A stretch of 60,314 nt of DNA, filler included, from Sphacelaria rigidula (lineage: Eukaryota): NCBI GenBank assembly GCA_964200075.2. It is 6 parts of 6 records of this genome, joined end to end, with 100 filler letters (N's around TTAATTAATTAA, not from the genome) between each part and the next. Parts side by side here need not be neighbours in the genome. Positions count along the whole stretch, not along the records: positions 1 to 9,970 come from CAXNAA020007391.1; positions 10,071 to 20,040 come from CAXNAA020007392.1; 4 more parts are not named here. One strand, 5' to 3'. The position numbers were made by a program, and so were the translations under genes. Positions 1 through 10,170 of this stretch are shown here, in pieces (the first letter of the stretch is position 1; every line of letters starts with the position of its first letter). The notes below the pieces were generated by a model. The model ran no database searches. It saw only the letters and a program-made list of their open reading frames with translations, and was not told where the DNA came from.

Positions 1-4
1 GGGG

Positions 5-37
<33 letters not shown>

Positions 38-41
38 GGGG

Positions 42-292
42 GTACTCATGATCATGCATGTCATAGTCATATGACTATTGACCTCGCATCCCTGCAAAGC
101 CGGAACGGACCACGCCGGGTTTTCGCCGCACCAGGTTCACACTCAATCACCAAGCGCGAAGCGCCGTGGTGTGTTCGGCGAGTCGCATGAAGGGTCAGCT
201 GCATCCTGCCAAGACTATTCGACCCGATGCGTTTCAATTATTTTGCACATGGACGGACGGTAGCCTCGAAGCAGCTGCTGGAAGGGAAGGAA
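42..292 (-). repeat. Poly-G/C-flanked dispersed repeat ending in ATGAGTAC
   Basis: Homologous to 10171-10520 and 29870-30109 (core cggcgcttcgcgcttggtgattga..gaaaacccg). Bounded by G runs on both sides. Confidence 0.8.
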
Positions 293-391
293 GGGGGGGG
301 GGGGGGGGGGGGAACGGTGGGGTGAAAGGGGGAGGAGAGGCAAGGAGTTAATAAGAATTTTTACGGGGGTAAACCACCCGANNNNNNNNNN

Positions 392-448
<57 letters not shown>

Positions 449-1242
449 AAACGTACGATGAAAGCAGGAGATATAAGCAGTCATTATCCATATTTCTATC
501 GCGCGTTAACCAGCCTGACCGGGCCAGCACATTACCCGACGCGATCCTCCCAAAAATGACAAAGCATCGTCGTGCGTCAACAAAGCGAGCAACATTTGCC
601 ATACCTGAAACCGTTTCGCCAATACCATTCAGACGGATATATCGCAGTATGAAATCACAGGAAAGTCGATGTTGAGATGCAAAAAATCACCAACAACGCA
701 AATTCAAGCTGTGAACACCCCCCCTGTATAACCGGACAGGCTTGTAGATTTACGCTGGCAAAATTTTCACTGCACTGGACGTACATATTAATTATGTCAT
801 ACTCCGTGGTTGGACGATAGATGGCGACTTTCAAATGCATCAAAATCGCTACGCACTCCTGAGAAAAAAACCCGTCAAGAACATCTTCAACCCTGGATTA
901 CTGCAGATATCAACACCCCCAAATGCCACCATTAGATCGATCTAGATATAGCGGGGTGCCTGTAAAATGTGGGTGGGAACAAGCGACTGTACCTGACGCT
1001 GTCTACAGTGCTTAATCCCTCCCCCCGGCCTGTCTGTGACTAAACGTAATCACTTTTCACTTCCGTTATTACATGACCACGGCTCCGGGAGATCGGGCTA
1101 ATGTGCGGAAAAATATAGACACAAACAATAACAATAACAATAGTATGATGATGGCGATGATAATAGTATGATGATGGCGATACTGCTGATCATAGTGATA
1201 AGCATAAAATAAAGTAATAATAATGATAGTCAAATAATGATC

Positions 1243-1309
<67 letters not shown>

Positions 1310-1349
1310 GAACAATACGGGTGATAATGATAATAATAACGATAATAAT

Positions 1350-1386
<37 letters not shown>

Positions 1387-1440
1387 ATAATGCTGATGAT
1401 AATACTAAATTGATAATGATGACAATGATAATAACAATCA
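1243..1440. repeat. (TAA)n/(CAA)n microsatellite
   Basis: Directly visible trinucleotide runs. Confidence 0.95.
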
Positions 1441-1472
1441 ACATGTTTTCAACAAAAGCAAAATTCACCCAC

Positions 1473-1598
1473 CTCCCCAGGCTGCAGCAAACCCGTCTCG
1501 TCGACGACGCCAATGAGACACACAGCATCAGGCACGAATATCCTGGTTTTGTTCCGAAGGTCGACCATAGCCTTCCCTCGCGAGGCCCGCAGGACGTT
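1473..1598 (-). CDS. RDR: RDR internal exon C
   Basis: cag acceptor and gtgggt donor, 126 nt. Translates NVLRASRGKAMVDLRNKTRIFVPDAVCLIGVVDETGLLQPGE, matching the RDR 'LrxKtRIfvp...lmGvlDEtg.L..GeV' motif. The gene continues beyond both piece ends. Confidence 0.9.
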
Positions 1599-2014
1599 CT
1601 GAGGGGAAGCAAACAGTGCATTATCCGACAAAACATGCCGCTTGTTGCATGTGTCATGTGTCAGGGTGCATGAATTTTGCGCTATCGTCTCGTACGGTGA
1701 TGTCTGTTATATACTGACCCAGCAGAGCGTGACCTCCCTGTTGGAACCAATATCTTCTCTGACCCGTGTGTCGGAACCGCTTTACGCAGGGGTCCCAGGT
1801 ACACTAAAATCAAGTAAGATGTACAGAAAGTTCGCACCCGAGACAAGATAATACACTGGGAAAAAAGCGTACGGCGTACAGTGTCGAATATATGTTCTGT
1901 GTTACAATACATAATAGACTCGACACTGTACGCAGTACGCTTGTTGCCAGAGTAATCTATTCCAAGGGTAGTGAACATAATGATTCATCTGAAAATTTTG
2001 TCGCCTTTTGTGTA

Positions 2015-2235
2015 AGTGATTCGTACTGTACGAATTGATTCTTGGTTTTGCTTTTCAGCGTTGCATCCCACCAGGTACGCGCACCCCGAGACGCGTGGAA
2101 TAGCGCGAACTTTGCGTAGAGAAAATTTCGACCGGTGGTTGACGTTTTCATCTCTTCCGAGCAATCAGGCCTCAGGAATCGTAGGTTTGTTGATTCGGAA
2201 CAGACTTCAGTGATGATTCCTACCGATCATTGAAT
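2015..2235 (+). repeat. Dispersed repeat, second copy at ~45858-46050
   Basis: Shared gattcgtac(t/c)gtacgaat...ttcagcgttg...ccaggtacgcgca...aatcaggcct...aatcgt. Confidence 0.75.
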
Positions 2236-3126
2236 CCATTGTCAAAGTTGTGAAAAATATGTCATCATGTAACATAATGTGTAGCGGTAAAGGTTTCTTT
2301 CCGGGCGCCCTCTCCACCCAAGAACAGCATATATATCCGAAGCCCTAAATGTGGACCATCATCAGCTGGCGCCTGACTAGAGAGCACAACGGTCAGAGGG
2401 CTGACGAACATACTCTTTCGCGCTGCGCGCCCCGCGTCAAAACGATTCGCGCTCGAGGAGTCAGACCTCAGATGAGATTACAATTGGTACTCCACTTCAC
2501 GCATCTTTACCAGCAATACTCTTCAATGGACAACTGGTCATGTTGTATTACTGCTGCACGGATATTGGAGGTTCCATGATCACGTGTGTCACCGGAGGAG
2601 GAGGTGTCTCAGACACAGGCAAAGCATCAAAAACTGCGCACCAGATGACAAAGACACATCATTCTCCCGTAACCCCGGAGAGCGCGGCAAGTTCGGGGTA
2701 CCTACCGAAGTCTGTTTTTGCAGTCTCAACATGGCAACTGAAAAGTGTTGTGATGACCGGCCGAGGACAATAGACACTCTGAAGGTAGGGCTGACTAACC
2801 TGTGGAACATACTAGATCACCACCACACTTCGACTGCTAGACGGATGTGACCTACGGATCATCAAGCAGTATGCAAGAAAAACGCCGCCCAAGGCTACGG
2901 ACACGAACATAACACAGAAGATAGTAGATCACCACATAAAGATAAAAAAATGATGATGACCGGTCAAAAGACAAGATGTACTCTTAAGGTAGCGCTCGTA
3001 ATCTAGCACTACACGACTCCGGTCTTGACCGTTTTTACGGTACGCCTATATATCAATTTCAATACCTCTGCACATATACCTATACGTATATGTATGAATG
3101 TATGTATATATATTGTATTTTAGTAC

Positions 3127-3282
3127 CTGCAGATAGGGGGTTGTTGTCACGTCAAACCCTGCCTTCACCATGGCCAACGCCTCCCACAGGGGACCATACT
3201 GCTTCTTCCCCTTGGATCTTGCGGAGGCGCTGTTGTAGTACCGCACCAGCGCTTCCTCAGCCGCTCGTTGATCTCGCACCAT
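3127..3282 (-). CDS. RDR: RDR internal exon B
   Basis: cag acceptor and gtac donor, 156 nt, phase 0/0. Translates MVRDQRAAEEALVRYY...LAMVKAGFDVTTTPYLQ, matching the RDR 'ml.aGF....ePfl' segment and joining exons A and C in frame. Confidence 0.85.
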
Positions 3283-3489
3283 CTGTACAATGTGGAGGAG
3301 GGTGTACACGTTGGTTAGGGGAGGTGGTAGCCGGGAAGGGGCAGGAGAAGTATCAATGCCACCGCAATCAATTATACGTACCCCAGAGATGAAATTCGAC
3401 CAGCTTACGCCACATGACACTTCGTGACAACACACGCCAAATGAGATACCTGTACATGTGAGTGATACCTTGCTGGTCTCAATCTAGTG

Positions 3490-3983
3490 TTACACATTAG
3501 ACCCAGTGGAGATAGATGCAGATATTCCACCGTAGTCATTGAGGGCACTGCAGAGCTGTGTGGGCACACATATGTATAGGTCGTTTGTTACATACTCTAT
3601 TAATTTCTTCATGGCAGTCGAAACCACAGGATACTTCACTACCCAGCTCAGGCTTTCATCACCCATGGTTAGAAGGCAACCAAGTTACGCTCCATGAAGG
3701 TACATTGTACACCTAGGACTCTCCTCATATCTACAGATATCAACTGATCCACCAACTGACACATATCCACCATGAGCATGTCACTGATGGGAAATGTCCT
3801 AGCCTGCAACTCACTATGATGGGATGCAGATACTGCTGTCCAGATTAGCATGGTTGATTGTGTGAGTACATACTTCCATGCTGTCTTCGTCATAGAGTCA
3901 GTCTGGGTGGGTGTCATGCCTATTGAGAGTGCCACATCTACACCTTTCTCCTTCCCCACATACATGGATAACCGGGATGCCAC
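3490..3983 (-). pseudogene. Possible RNA polymerase beta'/RPB1-like remnant
   Basis: MRRVLGVQCTFMERNLV resembles R.nllGKRvdfsaRsVi. After a 1-nt frameshift come WVVKYPVVS (like vllnRqPtLh) and ICVPTQLCSALNDYGG (like I.l...vC..yNADFDGD). The catalytic motif is not intact and spacing is short. Confidence 0.3.
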
Positions 3984-4193
3984 CTCCTACCTATCCGGGT
4001 ATCCATGTTTTCAGACATCTTCGTGAGTAAGCCTATAGTAGTGTGCAGTGAACGTACTGAGTCTAAAAGTGTCCTGGGTACACCATGTCCATTTCCAGCT
4101 GTGTCATGTTGGTCATCAACATATTAGGTCCTTAACCAACACAGTCCATACCGGGGTAACGACTAACCTCATCTTCACCAGGATACCAGCATG

Positions 4194-5265
4194 CGTCCTA
4201 ATCCTAGTATATTTATGTTTGTCGTGGGTCATGTGGCAGGACTGCGTCAACCTGATCACACCGTAATCACACATCAGGTGTTCCATCAAGTGTAGCTCCG
4301 ATGGTAGATCGCGATTGATCACATGAATAGGGTACCTCCGGATGGTCTCTAGGTCTACGTCCGTATCTATCTGCGGTACACTAAGACCTAGCTCTATGAT
4401 CGACAGGCATGCCCACGCCTCCATTACTTGACCTGGAGTGCCCCTCTTAAGTCACAGCTGTGCTACCCATCACGAGTTCAAATGGCACCCTAGTGTCACC
4501 TTCCATCATATACGGCATCTGTGCGTCCTCTAGTACTGTGACCACACCCTTCTCACCCATGAGAGCACATAACTTATCACCTGCGGTAGCTGTGCATGCT
4601 CTCGACACGGCCAATCTCACTCTGTCGTATCCCAGGCGTACTGTTTGCTCCGCATATCCTGGCACTGGTATGCCCCACCATGAAATACCATTAGCAGGTA
4701 CGCTCGTACCCACTTCCCACCCCTTAGCCTTCTCCGTGGATAGTATTACAACCGCCTCTACCCTGTATGTGAACCTAGTCGCACAACCACGAGACATGAT
4801 GAACCCATCCTCGAAGGTCCCACCCAGTCGGCAGAAGACCACACGAACATTGAATCCCGGATATCCTTCGCAGTTCAGGTCACCACCATACAGTCTCTCG
4901 CCAGTACTAGACGCCAGTATCGACGATTCATGGTATTGGGGGTAGATGGTGGTCGACACTCTGTTGCATGGTCGGCTGACAGACTGGTTGAGGAAGTGTG
5001 AGCTTAGTCCCCTCCTAGCAGTGGGTAGGTATGGCAACACTAGCCTGGGGATGAAAGTAGTCGGTCTCTGTTGATCTGATGACACTGGGTAGGGTAGTTG
5101 TGTCAAGTTGTACAGTTGAACCCTGTCCCGCCTGGGCATTGTACTATTTACCCACCCCAAACCCTCTATATACGAAGTATCTCATCAAGCGCCCTGCATT
5201 GACAGACACCACTACCTCGTCATCCCCATGAACGTCCAGTGTAGGAGCGTTGTAGTCGTGTGACG
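4194..5265 (-). pseudogene. Divergent multisubunit RNA polymerase beta/RPB2-like subunit, central part (frameshifts at ~5161 and ~4449)
   Basis: RPB2 motifs in the expected order: EVVVSVNAGRLMR; LVLPYLPTARRGLSSHFLNQ; GFNVRVVFCRLGGTFEDGFIMS; GDKLCALMGEKGVV..MPY; ELVMGSTAVT/KRGTPGQVME; YGVIRLTQSCHMTHDKH. Confidence 0.88.
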
Positions 5266-6270
5266 GTTACCTATTTAGATCCACGAGTCCCTCCCTGATA
5301 CATGGGTACACCCAAAACTCCACTCCCACAATCACTAGCCTTGCAGATGCTGCTATCCCATCCACTCAGAAGCCTTGGGTAGAATGAATTCTGTGCATGA
5401 GTTTTCGAAAGGGACACCCATCTAAGATACTGGTGGATATGGTGAGTAGGAATCGTCACACTAGGTTTAGGACAGCCATAAAGTCCAGTTGTGCAGCAGT
5501 GAACACGGGTATTATGGTGGCGTCATATGACCCAGTACTGCCAATCATTATACTCCATACTACAGTGTCGACCATGGCACAGTCAGGTCACTGCCACATA
5601 GCATCTTTACGACACTATGGCTGAGGATATACACTGTTGTAAGAGATTACCCTGCATCCAGCGCGTCCATGATAAGTAGGTGCTATAGAGACTATCGCAT
5701 GATCACAACGTGTCATGTCAACGTGAAGTCTCCAAGTCTAGCAAAGGATGATGAGCGTGCTGTTGAGGAGAGGAGGAGACTTCTAGACCTTACCGATAGT
5801 AGCATCATGTAGGAGAGGTTCGTGGGTATTATAGCAGCGAAGGATCCATACAAGGCTGTGTCAGGGCAGAGAGATATATCCATCGATTCAACACACAATA
5901 GCAGATCAGTACAATCGCTACAATGCAACGCGTGGCAAGTGATCTATGTCTACTAAGTAAATGGGCAACCATGAGGACATACCCAATTAGGAACGGGGAC
6001 GCTAGATACCCATGCCTAACATGTGGTGTACCCCGTCTATCCCAAGCTACACATCTGTGTCAGCTGGTAATAGGGGAACATAGGCTGCATATATCCGGTG
6101 AACACCTGTTACGTCCAGAGAGGTATATATGTCAGGTGTTATCAACAAGTGCTCTCACACTGGACATGATAAGGAGGGTAGGGGATCTATATTGCAACAT
6201 AGAGTTGGATCGCACTAGTCCGGGTAGGATGATGGGTGCTGTTAAATAAAAGGAGGGTGGTGCTAAGGCT

Positions 6271-6852
6271 ATGAAGTTAGGGGTAAAATACACATGCCCC
6301 GTGATACAGATTGCATCCATGGTACTGCGAGGTAACTTCACTGCTGTGCCGTGCCCTGGGCCGTCTGTAGCCAACTCCACAGTGAGACAATCAGACATGG
6401 CTAGGGGTATACTGACGGTGGGCGGCAAGTGGAGGGATGTGACCAATACTAACACTTATGCACGCACGCAGGTTGAAGCTGGGAGTAAGATCATGGGTAG
6501 GGATGCAGAGACTGCTGTTCCACTCAATATGCCAGATGAAGTTGTGAGGTCTTCCACAATAGTGAGTATTACGGGTATGACGAAGGTATGTGCCACAATG
6601 GGGTGTCACAGAGTGTATGGTATGACAGTACAATCCCTAGCTGTCTTTTCCAGGATACTATTAACCCCATACAACAGAGATATATTGGCCCTAGTGCTAA
6701 CTGAGAGAATCAAGGTGACCGTGGAGCACGTTAGTGGTTGTTCTATTGTATTCACATACATGGGTACAGTCTCCTACACTGGTAATCCCTCGAAAATACC
6801 CATAGCCATATCTGAGTTCATGCAGGTTGTAAATATGGTGTTCATGAACAGT
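6271..6852 (+). pseudogene. Divergent TATA-binding protein (TBP)-like ORF, now fused in frame to the RPB2 tail
   Basis: ~194 aa with two TBP-repeat-like halves: PVIQIASMVLRGNF and MTVQSLAVFSRI (NiVa-like strands), plus SIVFTYMGTVSYTG..KIPIAISEFMQVV (resembles lIFsSGkvv.TG plus helix). Recognised by eye only. Confidence 0.5.
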
Positions 6853-7149
6853 GGTTCTGAGGGGTCACTCAACGTGTCGGGAGGTCGAGTTACAGGTGGT
6901 GGGGCATCGTTGGGTGAGATGGAGATGCAACAGCTGACTGGAAATGAGCTCGCCATGTGCTCATATGAGTTGCAACTGTGGGGGAATACTCTATCCACCA
7001 CATGGTGTTCCCATTGCCCCAGAGGTTTAGCGGCATGCACATGTGGGGATCAGAGTACAACAGGATCGATCAGACCGAGTAAGGGGCTACTAGATAGCAT
7101 AGTGACTATGATACATGCATCTGGACTGGACGTCGAGCTATTCAAATAA
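6853..7149 (+). pseudogene. RPB2-like C-terminal segment, on the opposite strand from the rest of the gene
   Basis: GRVTGGGASLGEMEMQQL matches RPB2 GRxxxGGxRxGEME. It is followed by a Cys cluster (WCSHC..ACTC) like the RPB2 zinc ribbon and a terminal helix ending SGLDVELFK*. Confidence 0.85.
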
Positions 7150-7678
7150 CACCTGACGCTACAGACAGCCCGGTCGTGGTCCCTATACCTTTGGTCACTG
7201 TGTAGATGGGTTCCTCATGGTCTATGGTAGTAAACCCTCTAGTTGTCACGACCCCTACAACTCAAACTTGAGTGAGTACTCTGATGCTACACCCACCACT
7301 ATCACTATTCGTCCAACCGTCGCCGCCCGATCCTATCACCCATGGTAGTTTGTCCATGAGTTCGGTTAGACTCCTCCTAGTAGTTAGGTCCAGAAGTAGC
7401 GTAGGCCACACACCCTGGAGAACCTTCCGTCATCGCACTTCAAAACGCTGTGACACGTCTAACCACCGGTAGGCAGTTGTACACACAGGCCCATGTCCAA
7501 CATAGAGCATGATGGTCTAGTGAGGGGATCTGGATCGTGGTGGTCTAAGTCCCTCAGCACTAGCACGCACATACCATTCATCAGCCTCTGAGCCACAGCC
7601 AACTGTGAGGACTGTTCGTCAGTATATCCTACATGCATGTAGTGCCTTGGAGTGATCGACGACGGTCTCGGGAAATAA

Positions 7679-8118
7679 ACAGCCGATCATCAAAATTGAG
7701 GATGGAGCTTTTCATTGAGGATGAAAACCCGGATGATTCAAATCTTCGTATCCACATCAAATCTTCGAAATATAGTTTCATTTCTTCACCTGCTGGTAGC
7801 TATTGACAACTGCTACACACTCGACCAATTTGGATCTCGATAACCGAAATATTGGAGTCGTAGGTGAAAAACAATTTTGGGGGAATTTAGATGATCCGAT
7901 CGGATCGCCGAAATTGCCTGAATTTGTTTTTACCCAGGGCATTAACGTTTCGGTCATTGAATTCCAAATTTGTATGTCGTGTAGTACTTGTCAATGGCTA
8001 CCAGTAGGTGAAGGAATATGACCATATTTCGAAGATTCGGTGTGGAGACCAAGGTTTCAATCCTCCGGGTTCTCATGCTCGATGGAAAGCTCCATCCTCA
8101 ATTTCGATGATCGGCTGT
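7679..8118. mobile_element. Fold-back MITE (long imperfect palindrome)
   Basis: Starts acagccgatcatcaaaattgaggatggagcttt and ends aaagctccatcctcaatttcgatgatcggctgt. Same family as 35890-36333. Confidence 0.85.
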
Positions 8119-9450
8119 GAATAGCCTGTCCTGTGATACTCCCTGCCTTACAGTGCGTGGTTCCCCATTAACAGGAAGTCCAGATACATCTACGAAGCTA
8201 CTCCGAGCAGGTAGTTACTTGTCATTTTCTCAATTCTACCGTGAAGCCAAGACCTGCTGCCCGCGGCGGCAGCAGCATGTCCCAAGCCGAGGAGTAGAAG
8301 CATCTCGTCAGGAAAACGGACTCCACAGATATGCGCGTATAGCGCTATCCTTGCACCGTCAACGAGGAGCTCCGCTTCAACGATAGAAAAGGCTTAACCG
8401 CTTGCTTATGCTCCCGGCTGGTCCCCCTCACCAACCGGATGGCGGCCTTGTAGTTGATCATGTTACCTCCAGTCTCCCTTCAAGCAAGCCTAGATCAGAC
8501 CCAACAATCTGCTCGACTCTACAGGTTCTTTCTGTGCGGTCGCCGTGAAAGCGTTATTTTTCGGATCTTCCTTCATTCCCTACCTGCTGCCCCCCTTCCC
8601 CTCTCCAGCGCATTACCGCAGAACATGGAATCCTTGGGCGTTCAACAAGAATTTAACAAAACGATTCACTCACCGTCTTGAGATTAACAGCAGAACTATT
8701 GTCAGGTTGTACAGTACAATGCCCGTGCGAGAATCTCCAACCGTTTTTTTTTGCCGGTGATGTGGCTCAATCCTATCAATCCGGCGAGTTTGGTCGGCGT
8801 TGCTATCCCAAGCTGTTTCTTTTTCGCTATTTCGCTCTAGAAAAAAATGAGACGAACTCTTATGGCCCCCGTTGAAAACAAAATCGCGCCCGATATCGAA
8901 CGATTTAAGGAACGTCGTTTTTGTCCAGGCTCGGGGATAGTATTGTGATGCATGAAAACAAGTCATTCAGGTAAATATTTTAAGTCGAGCGCAGACGCGA
9001 TGAAGACATTACCCAGCAGGAAGCACCACCACGCACATGTGTATGTAAGGCATAACAATAATTACATTCGGCTACCATTTAAAACCACACAAACGTGATC
9101 ACCAGGTACTGTCTTTCCGTGTTTTCTGAGAATCTAGCTCGCCTAGTATATAGCTACCGATGCTTACTCCTGCCTAGACATACCGGTTGCTATAATCCTG
9201 GCCTTTACGCAATACGCACATCTAGCAACCTACCAGCAGCTACATCTGCTTACAATCAAGTAACTAGCAGATCAGTGTACAATCGTCCTCGCGCAGCACA
9301 TCATGTTGAGCCAGTATACGCAGAAATTGACAGTAGCAGTCGATAGACGTGGTCGCCAGAGAATCCGCACAATCCAATAATCTATCTCTTCTCTACCAGT
9401 ACACTTTAGAGTAACTACACCAATGCAGTTATTGTTCACCCATCCATCAC

Positions 9451-9579
9451 CTCATTGAGACCATCCACCATCTCCGTGTAGAGAACTTCGATGCGTTTAT
9501 CCGGCACCCCCAGTGTGGTGAGGAGGGTGATGAGCTGTCGGTTCAGGTAGAACGGTAATCGCCGAGCGTATTGGATCAC
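9451..9579 (-). CDS. RDR: RNAi-type RNA-dependent RNA polymerase (RDR/QDE-1-like), internal exon A
   Basis: Polypyrimidine tract and cag acceptor. Translates VIQYARRLPFYLNRQLITLLTTLGVPDKRIEVLYTEMVDGLNE (RDR motif YLNRQxIxLLxxLGVPD). Donor gtgatg, 129 nt, phase 0/0. Confidence 0.9.
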
Positions 9580-9857
9580 CTGCACGTCGAGCGGAAGAGA
9601 GGGAGCGAGGGAGAGAGGGAGAGACTCTGCGCCCAACACAAAAAAAATAGAAACTGGAGCCAGCTACCCCACCGGTGGGAACCTTAACCCTTGGACCGCG
9701 AGGAGAGTAGTCCATCTGGATCATGCATCTTTTGTTTTCGAGTAAAATTTGATGCCGAGTCAACAGATGACCAACTCTCACCGTTAAAGGGATACCTTTC
9801 GTGCTTTCTACACTACTATACCTTTCAGGGGAGCGCTCCCCCCCCTCCCCCCCCCCC

Positions 9858-9970
9858 TCGTAGTGGCATGCTCCGTCTCGAAAGGGATGCGTGGTCAATG
9901 GTCAAATAACTAAGGCAAGCAACAAATGAGTACGCCCCCCCCTCGTAGTGGCATGCATGATCATGAGTAC
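9858..9970 (+). repeat. Nested short ATGAGTAC-ending repeats
   Basis: A 62-bp unit tccgtctcgaaagggatgcg...aacaaatgagtac lies between two copies of ccccccctcgtagtggcatgc. The same unit occurs at 41921-41982 and, reversed, at ~50420-50480. Confidence 0.8.
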
Positions 9971-10070
9971 NNNNNNNNNNNNNNNNNNNNNNNNNNNNNN
10001 NNNNNNNNNNNNNNTTAATTAATTAANNNNNNNNNNNNNNNNNNNNNNNNNNNNNNNNNNNNNNNNNNNN
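9971..10070. other. Artificial contig linker (also 20041-20140, 30110-30209, 40179-40278, 50248-50347)
   Basis: N44-TTAATTAATTAA-N44, with stops in all six frames. Pieces are 9970, 9970, 9969, 9969, 9969 and 9967 bp, i.e. length-sorted. Confidence 0.98.
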
Positions 10071-10170
10071 CCCCCCCCCCTGTCCCCCGGGGCGAAGGGG
10101 GGGGGGGGGAATGGGCAAAACCCCCAAGGGAACAAAAAAAGGGGCCCCCCCCCCCCCCCCCCCCCCCTCC

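Larger units (their letters stand above)
3400..7660. mobile_element. Decayed virus-like or plasmid-like element (RNA polymerase + TBP module) inside the RDR intron; boundaries approximate
   Basis: Dense intronless ORF remnants with stops and frameshifts, carrying RPB2-like and TBP-like motifs. By eye the composition differs from host introns (almost no A/T homopolymer runs). Confidence 0.75.

Noticed and set aside
655-843. YVQCSENFASVNLQACPVIQG as the next RDR exon
   Set aside because: The peptide is suggestive, but there is no AG acceptor in the required position.
1241-1657. Poly-Leu ORF (also poly-Pro/Gly ORFs at 166-602 and HT/CV-repeat ORFs near 21400-21800)
   Set aside because: Translations of microsatellites and homopolymers.
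6271-7149. Genuine TBP-RPB2 fusion protein
   Set aside because: More simply explained as an inversion junction; not fully excluded.
4194-7149. Host RPB2 gene or plastid/bacterial rpoB insertion
   Set aside because: Intronless, far too divergent at conserved motifs, and too compact.
9971-10070. Regularly spaced TTAATTAATTAA palindromes within N runs
   Set aside because: Artificial linkers. Genes on different pieces (RDR, kinase, SUMF1, PEX13) are not neighbours, so no cross-piece system is inferred.
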